Shown here: piece by piece, positions 37,217-45,241 of the stretch | How the letters are laid out: every line of letters starts with the position of its first letter | Numbering within the stretch: the first letter of the stretch is position 1 | Assembly: GCA_944383335.1 (NCBI GenBank) | Contig: CALWPD010000003.1 | Span: 3,498 to 67,497 of the forward strand | DNA: 64,000 bases | From: an uncultured Clostridia bacterium | GTDB taxonomy: Bacteria; Bacillota; Clostridia; Christensenellales; UBA1242 | Direction of reading: 5' to 3' | The notes under the pieces: generated by a model | The model's database searches: none | What the model was told of the DNA's origin: nothing | What the model saw: the letters and a program-made list of their open reading frames with translations, nothing else | Position numbers and translations under genes: made by a program

Positions 37217-37254
37217 AAAAATCTAAAAACGATTTTCGTTTTTAGATTTTTTTA
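37216..37254. terminator. Bidirectional terminator shared by trpS and the MPE operon
   Basis: 13-bp stem AAATCTAAAAACG/CGTTTTTAGATTT with loop ATTTT, an A-run on one side and a T-run on the other. Confidence 0.85.
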
Positions 37255-37255
37255 A

Positions 37256-37465
37256 TTAAGACAATTTGTTTGTTAATTGATCTAAAATTTTAAGTGTAGC
37301 TTCATCATTGACCGCTTTTGTCAAGGCAACAACAAGTTTTAGTTGTGCTTTTTTTTCTTTGTTATGCTCAACTTGTTTACCTTTTTCTGTTAATGGTTCA
37401 GAACAATATGGGCAAAAATTGAAATCATCTTCTATTTCAAGATTACAATATGGACATTTTTCCAT
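37256..37465 (-). CDS. Zinc-ribbon small protein (69 aa), third gene of the MPE operon
   Basis: CPYC-x10-CPYC at the N-terminus with a helical Lys/Glu-rich tail. RBS AAGGAG. The ATG lies 2 nt after the upstream stop. Confidence 0.7.
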   Translation of the reverse strand: MEKCPYCNLEIEDDFNFCPYCSEPLTEKGKQVEHNKEKKAQLKLVVALTKAVNDEATLKILDQLTNKLS

Positions 37466-37467
37466 AG

Positions 37468-38652
37468 TTATTCTCCTTTTTCTTTTTCCAATAGTTTTCT
37501 ATAGTTAGGTTGGGCTTGATACATCTTCGCCAATTTTTCTTCAATCTCTTTTTTCGCAATGTCTGCAAGAATTTTTAATTCTTGTTGTTGTTTTGCAATT
37601 CGCTTTTCAATGGCATAAGTTTTTGGATCAATAAAGTTAGTTGTGCGAGCTATCTCCATTTTGTGATTGGCATCGCCAAGGACAAGGGTAAAAGAGTTGT
37701 AACCTTTTGTTGAAATGGTTGGTACATAACTTTTTGTTGAATCCTTGTACCTAGCAAGTCCAGATGAAAACACAACATTAGAGTAACTGCCAACTGCATT
37801 TTCAGAAGGGACAAAGATATAATCGGCTTCAGCCAAATCGCCATGTTGGTTCTGTGCTGCTCGCTTATTACCTTGCATTGTCCTAGATGTAGTCTTAAGA
37901 TTTGTATGTATTGAAATATCATAATAATATGTTTTGTCAGGAGTTACGCGCCTTATATTAAACACTTTTTTTACGCCTGGTACATATGAAATTTTTACTT
38001 TTTTTGTTTGGCCATTAACTTTTTCTACTGCATAGTTTAAAAGGACATTGTTATAGGCGTCAATAAGTGCATCTTCCAAAATATCTCGATTAAGTTTTCG
38101 CTTTGCTTGATGTTCATCACGACCATTCATAAGAATTATTTCGTCAGCACCGTTTTTGGCAACGTATTCAAGGTAGTCAATAAGTTTGCTAATTCTCTTT
38201 TGTAAACCCCAAAAAAGTATTTTTTTCTTTTCAATAGATGCATTTTGCAAACTTGATATATTAAACTCTTTTCCTATAATATCTCCGCTGAAAAATACTA
38301 AAGTTTTATCACTAGGGTTTTTGTTTGTCAGTGCTGATTTTATTGCCTTAAACGAAGTCATATCCTCAACACCTTTTTGTGGGTTGGACATATCATAAAG
38401 ATTAAAGTCATGCAAAAACACAATATGCAAATTTTTGTTACCACGAACGATAATATCATTTTTCCAAACAAGTGGAATATCTTTGTGTTTTACTTGTTGA
38501 ATATACTCACGAGTGCCACTAGGTGAAGCATTTGCGACTTCATCATTGGTTTCAAGGTTAACTTTCCCAAATTTATCACCTGTAAGTTTATACCATAAAT
38601 CAACAATATCATTTTGTTTTTGTGCATTATTTTTTGGATTTAAGTCCTGCAT
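37468..38652 (-). CDS. Degenerate metallophosphoesterase-like protein with C-terminal coiled coil (394 aa)
   Basis: Motif-like blocks in MPE order but with altered ligands (FLHDFN, FSGDIIG, MNGRDEH, ISIHTN). The last 50 aa or so are heptad-rich (QQQELKILADIAKKEIEEKLAKM). The ATG abuts the stop of the upstream gene. Confidence 0.6.
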   Translation of the reverse strand: MQDLNPKNNAQKQNDIVDLWYKLTGDKFGKVNLETNDEVANASPSGTREYIQQVKHKDIPLVWKNDIIVRGNKNLHIVFLHDFNLYDMSNPQKGVEDMTSFKAIKSALTNKNPSDKTLVFFSGDIIGKEFNISSLQNASIEKKKILFWGLQKRISKLIDYLEYVAKNGADEIILMNGRDEHQAKRKLNRDILEDALIDAYNNVLLNYAVEKVNGQTKKVKISYVPGVKKVFNIRRVTPDKTYYYDISIHTNLKTTSRTMQGNKRAAQNQHGDLAEADYIFVPSENAVGSYSNVVFSSGLARYKDSTKSYVPTISTKGYNSFTLVLGDANHKMEIARTTNFIDPKTYAIEKRIAKQQQELKILADIAKKEIEEKLAKMYQAQPNYRKLLEKEKGE

Positions 38653-39792
38653 TTACATAATCCTCCCGTCATCTAAATCTTTGGTTTTTCTTGTTATTTC
38701 AGATGCGACCTTTTTAAGAGATTTTTTTGACCAGCTGTCTTCATAATCTTTACCACAATTAAGTGCATACTTCTTTTGATACATCTTAAGTAACATACTT
38801 GGCTCATCTGCGTTTTGATCAAGAGCATTGAATGCATTTATGCATGGTTTATACTTTGGTTCTTCTGTTGAATTTTCACGCGTATGATATGGGTTTAACT
38901 GCCAACTTATATCGTAAACTCTCAAATTTGTCTTTTGCCCAAACATCTTTTGAGAACCATAAATAGTGGAACCATTTTGAAATGAATATCCCATCCCGAT
39001 AAATACTTCATGGTTTTTGTCGCCAAGCCGTTTGCCAACTTTATCGTAAACTGGAACAGGTACTGTATAAAGGGCTTCTTGTGCTTGGTGGAGGTGTTCA
39101 ATCATAATTCCATCCAAAAGTAGTCCCGTTTCTTCTTTGACGACATTCACAAGCCTAAGTGCCTTATCTAAATTGCCTGCATCGTGGATGAATAAATAGT
39201 TTTGGTATTTTACAATATGAGTATCAGGAGTGAGAAGGGGAAGGCTATAAATCAGTCCATAAGGTACATAGTCCACACCAAGTGTATCTGCAATATGGCG
39301 AGAAAGAGAAACATCGTTTTGTTTGTTTCTGTTGCCATATTCTGCATCGTGATTTCCACCTAAAATAGCTATAATTTTAGATTTCACATCTTTGTCATGA
39401 AGTAAATCAAAGATGATTTCTGGTGATTCACTGGGTCTAACACGATTGCCAAAACTATTAGTTGCACAGTTGGGATTGTTATTGGCATTATCTACACTGT
39501 CTCCGCCAATGTAGATGTGTGCATTAAAACATTTTGCAACTTCATTAATTGCCAATTTACATCTTTTTGCATCAAAACCTTGACCTCCAGCATGGATATC
39601 AGTTACTGATGCAAGTAGTATGTGTGAATTTACATTTATCGCTTGTTTTTTAATAAATCTTATCTCATCAGAGCGTGAATCTTGGCTTCGCTCTATTATG
39701 TAATCCTTCTTTGCGTCAAGTTCAGTTCTATCAGTCATAAGATTAGGATTATTAGCATCCTGAGTAAAATTTGCAGTTTTCTTAAAAGCCAT
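38653..39792 (-). CDS. Calcineurin-like metallophosphoesterase (379 aa), first gene of operon
   Basis: All five MPE motifs in order: TDIHAG, GGDSVDN, GGNHDAE, FIHDAG, EHLHQ. RBS AAGGAG. Confidence 0.8.
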   Translation of the reverse strand: MAFKKTANFTQDANNPNLMTDRTELDAKKDYIIERSQDSRSDEIRFIKKQAINVNSHILLASVTDIHAGGQGFDAKRCKLAINEVAKCFNAHIYIGGDSVDNANNNPNCATNSFGNRVRPSESPEIIFDLLHDKDVKSKIIAILGGNHDAEYGNRNKQNDVSLSRHIADTLGVDYVPYGLIYSLPLLTPDTHIVKYQNYLFIHDAGNLDKALRLVNVVKEETGLLLDGIMIEHLHQAQEALYTVPVPVYDKVGKRLGDKNHEVFIGMGYSFQNGSTIYGSQKMFGQKTNLRVYDISWQLNPYHTRENSTEEPKYKPCINAFNALDQNADEPSMLLKMYQKKYALNCGKDYEDSWSKKSLKKVASEITRKTKDLDDGRIM

Positions 39793-39817
39793 TTTTTCTC
39801 CTTTTAATTCTGCCTAA

Positions 39818-39846
39818 AGTCTATCAAAAAATTGCATTTGTGTCAA
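39818..39846 (-). promoter_or_regulatory. Promoter of the MPE operon
   Basis: Minus strand TTGACA-17 nt-TAGACT, about 25 nt upstream of the RBS. Confidence 0.6.
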
Positions 39847-39989
39847 TATACTATATGTTGCAAAGATGTATAAAAAAGACCAATATGTGGAGCGATATAA
39901 GTTTGTTTTATGAAAGTTTTAATTATTTCTGCAATTATCTTGACTTTTTTAAAATAATTTGTTAACCTTTAAAGGTTGACACAAAATAG

Positions 39990-40064
39990 TGGGGTATCGC
40001 CAAGCGGTAAGGCATTGGACTCTGACTCCAACATCCGTAGGTTCGAATCCTACTACCCCAGCCA
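39990..40064 (+). tRNA. tRNA-Gln (anticodon CTG)
   Basis: TGGGGTA/TACCCCA acceptor stem, anticodon stem TTGGA/TCCAA with loop CTCTGAC, GTTCGAATC T-loop, encoded CCA. Confidence 0.9.
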
Positions 40065-40151
40065 AATTTTGGGTAAAAATGAAATTTTGTAAAATTTGTC
40101 AAAAAAGTTCTTTACTTTTTTATGGAAGTTTTATATAATAGACAAAGTTAT

Positions 40152-40226
40152 TGGGGTGTAGCCAAGTGGTAAGGCACGAGACTTTGACTCTCGCATGCGT
40201 AGGTTCAAATCCTGCCACCCCAGCCA
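40152..40226 (+). tRNA. tRNA-Gln (anticodon TTG)
   Basis: TGGGGTG/CACCCCA acceptor stem, anticodon stem CGAGA/TCTCG with loop CTTTGAC, GTTCAAATC T-loop, encoded CCA. Confidence 0.9.
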
Positions 40227-40231
40227 AATAT

Positions 40232-40307
40232 GGTTCACTAGCTCAGTCGGTAGAGCACTTGACTTTTAATCAAGGGGTCCCGGGTTCGAATCCCGGGTGA
40301 GCCACCA
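40232..40307 (+). tRNA. tRNA-Lys (anticodon TTT)
   Basis: AGCTCAGTCGGTAGAGC D-arm, anticodon stem CTTGA/TCAAG with loop CTTTTAA, GGTTCGAATCC T-arm, encoded CCA. Confidence 0.92.
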
Positions 40308-40335
40308 TCTAAACTCCTTTATTTATAAGTCTTTC

Positions 40336-40363
40336 AAGGCGATTTGTCGCTTTGATTTTTTTT
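40336..40363 (+). terminator. Terminator of the Gln-Gln-Lys tRNA operon
   Basis: Stem AAGGCGA/TCGCTTT, loop TTTG, then T8. Confidence 0.7.
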
Positions 40364-40386
40364 GTTAAAATTTTGCTATTTTTAAA

Positions 40387-40424
40387 AAAACTGTGTCAAA
40401 AACTGTGTCAATTTTTTAAACTGT
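40387..40424 (+). repeat. Short direct repeats AAAACTGTGTCA x2 plus a partial third (AAACTGT)
   Basis: Exact 12-nt tandem copies at 40387-40398 and 40399-40410, with AAACTGT again at 40418-40424. They lie between two convergent tRNA terminators. Confidence 0.8.
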
Positions 40425-40472
40425 TATTATGTAATAATAATCGCCATATAATCTTAATAGTTTTTCTTATAC

Positions 40473-40500
40473 AAAAAAAACCTCGCCACAAGGCTTGGTT
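40473..40500 (-). terminator. Terminator after tRNA-Leu(TAG)
   Basis: Minus strand AACCAAGCC-TTGT-GGCGAGGTT imperfect stem, followed by T8. Confidence 0.6.
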
Positions 40501-40501
40501 T

Positions 40502-40584
40502 TGGTGCGGATGAAAGGACTTGAACCTTCACGGTTGCCCACAGGATCCTAAGTCCTGCGCGTCTGCCAATTTCGCCACATCCGC
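40502..40584 (-). tRNA. tRNA-Leu (anticodon TAG), encoded CCA
   Basis: Reverse complement is GCGGATGTGGCGAAATTGGCAGACGCGCAGGACTTAGGATCCTGTGGGCAACCGTGAAGGTTCAAGTCCTTTCATCCGCACCA, with a long variable arm. Its own TTGACA-17-TAACAT promoter lies upstream. Confidence 0.92.
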
Positions 40585-40774
40585 ATATTTAACTTAGTTA
40601 TGTTATCAAAATTCTTTTTTTTTGTCAACATTTCATTAAATAATTTCATTTGCATATTTAAAATGTAGGATGGGTCGGTCGATAAGTTACCGCTTAACTA
40701 CAAATAAAATGAATATGGTTTGACAAACTCCTATGTTGTATTGTAATATTTACTAAGTATCTAATAGAGGATGT

Positions 40775-42517
40775 ATGGAACTATTAAATAGAAAGTTAAA
40801 ACAAATTATCTTAAAAGCCTTTTGTGATGCTGGCTACATGGAAGAAGATATTAATATTGGAGATTGTGCCATACCAAAGTTCGGTGATTTTTCATGTCAA
40901 TCACCTCTATTTCTTGCAAAGAAATATCATAAAGCACCTTTTGTTATTGCTAGTGATGTGCTGTTGCATTTGCAAAAAAATGAAATTATAGTTAATGCAA
41001 GCGTGGCAAATCCGGGTTACATAAACTTTTTTATCGACAATAATTATCTTGCTGAGTACTTAAAAAAATATTTGGAGTATGTTAAAAACCCATTAATCTC
41101 CAAAAACAAAAAAGTGCTTATTGACTATGGTGGTGCAAATTGTGCAAAACCACTTCACGTTGGTCATCTTCGTTCGGCGGACATTGGAGAGGCAATAAAG
41201 CGCATTTGTGTGTATATGGGCGATGATTGTGTAGGCGATGCACATCTTGGCGACTGGGGGCTTCAAATGGGTATGGTTATTTATGCAGTGTGGGAAAAAA
41301 ATCCTGAACTTGTGTATTTTGACGATAACTACGCCGGTGAGTATCCAAAGGAGCCACCATTTACGATAGACGAACTAAAAGTTATGTACCCAAGCATTAG
41401 CAAGCGTGCGAAACAAGATGCGGGATTGTATGAAAAAGTTAAAAGCATAACTCATGACCTTCAATCTGGAAGAAGGGGATATATCGCACTTTGGAAACAT
41501 ATTGTTGATGTGTCAAAAAAATTAATAAAAGCAGATTATGATAAACTAAATATACACTTTGACCTATATTTAGGCGAAAGTGATAGCAAAAAATATCAAG
41601 ATGAAGTGATAGATTATGTGATAAGAAATGGTTATTCTCGCATAAGTGATGGAGCAACGATTGTAGATGTGTCCATGCCAGATGATAAAACTGAAATTCC
41701 GCCTTTTATGCTTTTAAATTCTGCAGGTTCGGCGCTTTATAGCACCACCGAACTTGCCACCATAGTTCAGCGCGAGCGTGAGTTTAATGTGGATCAAATT
41801 TTATATGTAGTTGACAACCGGCAAGAGTTGCATTTTATTCAGGCTTTTAGATGCGTTAAAAAAATAAACATATTAAAAAAAGATGTAGATTTAAAGTTTA
41901 TTGGTTTTGGTACCATGAATGGTACTGATGGCAAGCCATATAAAACTCGTGATGGAAATGCAATGCAGCTTAAAGAACTTATGGATATGGTTAAAAACAA
42001 AGCTTTGGAAAAAGTTAAAGAAACTAAGGCAAATTATTCCCAAGACGAAATTGAAAATATCTCTGATGTTGTAGCAATTTCAGCACTTAAATTTGCAGAT
42101 CTGAGCGTGTTTAGGTCAAAAGACCTTGTGTTTGATGTAGACAAGTTTTGTTCGTTTGAAGGGAAAACTGGTCCATATATTTTGTACACAATCACAAGAG
42201 CAAACTCAATATTATCAAAAGTTCCAAATATAGAAGGAAATTTTACTTTGTCTGATGAGGACAGAAAACTGGCACTATGTTTAATAAAATTCACAGATTC
42301 AATACAATCTGCATACGAAAAGTTTGCACCATCGTATTTATGCGATTATGCTTATAGCCTTGCCAATGAATTCAATGCATTTTATGGAAAATCAAGCATA
42401 ATTCATGAAGAAAATATAGATAAACAGTATTCGAAATTATTACTTACAAATTATACAAAAGATATGTTAAAAAAATGTATGGATTTGCTTGCAATAAATA
42501 CACTTGAAAAAATGTAA
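40775..42517 (+). CDS. argS: Arginyl-tRNA synthetase
   Basis: ANCAKPLHVGHLRS (HIGH), class Ia core and a C-terminal anticodon-binding DALR-type region. 580 aa. Confidence 0.9.
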   Translation: MELLNRKLKQIILKAFCDAGYMEEDINIGDCAIPKFGDFSCQSPLFLAKKYHKAPFVIASDVLLHLQKNEIIVNASVANPGYINFFIDNNYLAEYLKKYLEYVKNPLISKNKKVLIDYGGANCAKPLHVGHLRSADIGEAIKRICVYMGDDCVGDAHLGDWGLQMGMVIYAVWEKNPELVYFDDNYAGEYPKEPPFTIDELKVMYPSISKRAKQDAGLYEKVKSITHDLQSGRRGYIALWKHIVDVSKKLIKADYDKLNIHFDLYLGESDSKKYQDEVIDYVIRNGYSRISDGATIVDVSMPDDKTEIPPFMLLNSAGSALYSTTELATIVQREREFNVDQILYVVDNRQELHFIQAFRCVKKINILKKDVDLKFIGFGTMNGTDGKPYKTRDGNAMQLKELMDMVKNKALEKVKETKANYSQDEIENISDVVAISALKFADLSVFRSKDLVFDVDKFCSFEGKTGPYILYTITRANSILSKVPNIEGNFTLSDEDRKLALCLIKFTDSIQSAYEKFAPSYLCDYAYSLANEFNAFYGKSSIIHEENIDKQYSKLLLTNYTKDMLKKCMDLLAINTLEKM

Positions 42518-42532
42518 TAACATGGAGAAAAA

Positions 42533-42943
42533 ATGTTAAATTCAAAAAAAATATGTGATATATTTTTAACTTATAGAAAAATATTTAAAAATTTAAATGA
42601 AGAAATAAATATCGTATTAAAACCTTTTAAAATAACAGTCCAACATGCCGTCTATCTAATGGCGTTAAAAGCAAAAGGGCCACTTACAATAAAAGATTTA
42701 AATTTGATTATTGATAATGACAAAGCGATTACAACTCGTGTTATAAAAACATTAAAAAAAAATGAATATGTAAAAAAAATCGGAAGTCGAATAAAAAAAT
42801 ATAAAGTTTCAATAACAATAAATGGCGAAAAGGTTTTTAAAGTAATTTTAGGTGTAATAAATAAATTTAAAAAAGAAAAATTAAAAGATTTAACAGCAGA
42901 AGAAATAATGGCACTTTCGCATATATCAGAGAAATTAATTTAG
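42533..42943 (+). CDS. MarR-family transcriptional regulator
   Basis: Winged-HTH pattern (ITVQHAVYLMALKAKGPLTIKDLNLIIDNDKAITTRVIKTLKKNEYVKK). Confidence 0.72.
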   Translation: MLNSKKICDIFLTYRKIFKNLNEEINIVLKPFKITVQHAVYLMALKAKGPLTIKDLNLIIDNDKAITTRVIKTLKKNEYVKKIGSRIKKYKVSITINGEKVFKVILGVINKFKKEKLKDLTAEEIMALSHISEKLI

Positions 42944-42953
42944 TGAGGATTAA

Positions 42954-43313
42954 ATGGGATTTTTAAATGGACTTTTCAAAACGCTCGGTTTTGAAAGTGA
43001 AAAAAAGAAAAATAATAATGAAAATGTTATAAAGCCACAATTAAAACAAAAAAATCAACCTATGGCTGAGTATGATTTAAAGAATATGCAACAGGCACCA
43101 ACGCTTTATGAACCAAAGTCGCAGATTGATGTACAAAACTTGGTGGATAGGTTTAAAGACGGCGAAGATATTTTGGTGGATATTAAAGACATAGACGCAA
43201 AAGAAAGGACTCGTTCACTTGATTTTTTCTGTGGTGCGACATATGCTTTGGGTGGTAAAATTAAACAAAGTGATGCAACTACATTTTTATTTTGTCATAT
43301 GGAGCGTGAATGA
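42954..43313 (+). CDS. sepF: Cell division protein SepF
   Basis: C-terminal DUF552 pattern: YEPKSQIDVQNLVDRFKDGEDILVDIKDIDAKERTRSLDFFCGATYALGGKI. Confidence 0.7.
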   Translation: MGFLNGLFKTLGFESEKKKNNNENVIKPQLKQKNQPMAEYDLKNMQQAPTLYEPKSQIDVQNLVDRFKDGEDILVDIKDIDAKERTRSLDFFCGATYALGGKIKQSDATTFLFCHMERE

Positions 43314-43822
43314 AATTTTTAGATAAACCATTTTTTTATAGAATTCGTTATGGAATAATCACAAGCCTTGTTGTGTTTGTGTGTCTTTTTTGGGATTTAT
43401 TTTTTAAAATAATAACAGATGGTTTTGATATTACAATAATTGAAGGTTTTTTGTGGTTTTCTTCAATACACAACAATGGTGCAGCATATGGAATTTTGGG
43501 AGGACAAACAGTGCTTTTGATCGTTGTATCAATCATAATGATTGCACTAATTTTACTCTATAATTATTTCCACAAAAACAAGAGTATATATTATTCAATA
43601 TCTCTTGGTCTAATTTTGGGTGGGGCTTTTGGCAATTTGATTGATAGAATTTTTTTAGGTTATGTTCGCGATTTTATAAAGTTTAGTTTTTTTAATTTTA
43701 CATTCAATTTGGCAGATGCTTTTTTAACTGTTGGAGTAGTACTGTTTTTAATATACCTTATATTCTTTGATGATTTTTTGGGGTTTAAGAAAATAAAAAC
43801 TAGAAAAGGTGGCAAAAAGTGA
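43310..43822 (+). CDS. lspA: Lipoprotein signal peptidase II
   Basis: IHNNGAAYG, GGAFGNLIDR, VRDFI and FNLADAF. Confidence 0.9.
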   Translation: MKFLDKPFFYRIRYGIITSLVVFVCLFWDLFFKIITDGFDITIIEGFLWFSSIHNNGAAYGILGGQTVLLIVVSIIMIALILLYNYFHKNKSIYYSISLGLILGGAFGNLIDRIFLGYVRDFIKFSFFNFTFNLADAFLTVGVVLFLIYLIFFDDFLGFKKIKTRKGGKK

Positions 43823-43823
43823 T

Positions 43824-44744
43824 ATGATAGAGCATGTGGATATAAAAGATTCGCGTTTAGATCTTTTTTTACAGCAAAAATTAAAACAATATTCTCGCTC
43901 GCATATAAAAAAAATGATTGATGGACAACTTGTACGAGTCAATGGAAAGATAATAACAAAATCGGGCTACAAAGTTGCTGTTGGAGATGAAATTGAATTT
44001 CAAGATCTTCCAATAAAACAACTTGACACCAGCGCGGAGAATATAGACATTGACATAGTATATGAAGATGATGATTTGGTTGTAATAAACAAACCGCAGG
44101 GGCTTGTGGTGCATCCTGCGTGTGGGAATGAAAGCCACACCCTAGTCAACGCACTTTTGTACCATATAAAAAATCTTAGCACCATAAATGGCGTAATTCG
44201 TCCGGGAATTGTGCATAGGCTTGACAAAAACACGTCTGGACTTTTGGTTATTGCCAAAAACGATAAAGCACATATATCACTTTCAAAACAAATTCAAAAC
44301 AAGACCTGCAAACGCTGCTACCTTGCACTTTGTGATGGGATTTTTAAACAAGATTGTGGAACAATCACTACACATATTGCGAGAAGCAAAAAAGATAGAA
44401 AAAAAATGGCTGTATGCTCGGACACAGAAGGTAAACTTGCCATAACCAATTACAAAGTCTTAAAAAGATACAACTTTTATACACTTTTGGAATTTGATTT
44501 AAAGACGGGCAGAACTCATCAAATTCGTGTTCACGCAAGTTATGTTCATCATCCTGTTGTTGGCGACGAAGTGTATGGAAACAAGTCAAAGTTCAAATTG
44601 AATGGGCAACTACTTCATGCCTACAAACTTGAATTTACTCAGCCAACGACAAAAGAACATATAGTTGTAACTTGCGAACTTCCTGATTATTTTAAAAATG
44701 TGCTTGAAATTTTGGAAAAACAAAAAAATAGTTGCAAAATATAG
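43824..44744 (+). CDS. rluD: RluD-type 23S rRNA pseudouridine synthase (S4 domain + RluA core)
   Basis: S4-like N-terminus (RLDLFLQQKL...SRSHIKKMI), HRLDKNTSGLLVIAKN and GRTHQIRVH. The start is ambiguous: ATG 43824 or GTG 43809. Confidence 0.88.
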   Translation: MIEHVDIKDSRLDLFLQQKLKQYSRSHIKKMIDGQLVRVNGKIITKSGYKVAVGDEIEFQDLPIKQLDTSAENIDIDIVYEDDDLVVINKPQGLVVHPACGNESHTLVNALLYHIKNLSTINGVIRPGIVHRLDKNTSGLLVIAKNDKAHISLSKQIQNKTCKRCYLALCDGIFKQDCGTITTHIARSKKDRKKMAVCSDTEGKLAITNYKVLKRYNFYTLLEFDLKTGRTHQIRVHASYVHHPVVGDEVYGNKSKFKLNGQLLHAYKLEFTQPTTKEHIVVTCELPDYFKNVLEILEKQKNSCKI

Positions 44745-44783
44745 TTAAAATAAATATACTATATGGAGTAAAAAGGAGACATT

Positions 44784-45041
44784 ATGAAAAAGTTTATGAA
44801 TATGCTTGCCTTCATTGGTATAGTAGTCGTAGCAGTCGCACTTTTAATTGCTAAAATATTGGCTTTGGTTGATGTAAGCGCTGGTGCAGTAACTGCTCTT
44901 CAAATGGTTGGTGAGTGCATAGCATACATTGTTACAATGGTTTATGCTTTCTACTTTGTGAAAAACAAACGCAATGTTTGGTGGTGGATCGCATATGTTG
45001 CTGCTGCTGTAATCGTTGTATTGCTCGTCATTCTTAGGTAA
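44784..45041 (+). CDS. Small membrane protein (85 aa)
   Basis: RBS AAAGGAG and three hydrophobic helices. Function unknown. Confidence 0.6.
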   Translation: MKKFMNMLAFIGIVVVAVALLIAKILALVDVSAGAVTALQMVGECIAYIVTMVYAFYFVKNKRNVWWWIAYVAAAVIVVLLVILR

Positions 45042-45064
45042 TAGGCAATGACATTTAAAGAATT

Positions 45065-45095
45065 GCACAAGTTAGCCATACTTGTGCTTTTCTTT
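45065..45095 (+). terminator. Rho-independent terminator
   Basis: Stem GCACAAGT/ACTTGTGC with a 7-nt loop and a T-rich tail. Confidence 0.75.
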
Positions 45096-45241
45096 ATAAG
45101 CACACAAAATAAAACAAAGTTAGACATATTGTTTATGTTAAATATTTTTTTTGTGTGATAAAATAATTTGGTGCAAAAATTTGAGATTATTTGCACTATA
45201 TGGTATAATTGCCTGTAAAAACATTAAGGAGAAAATTAAAA

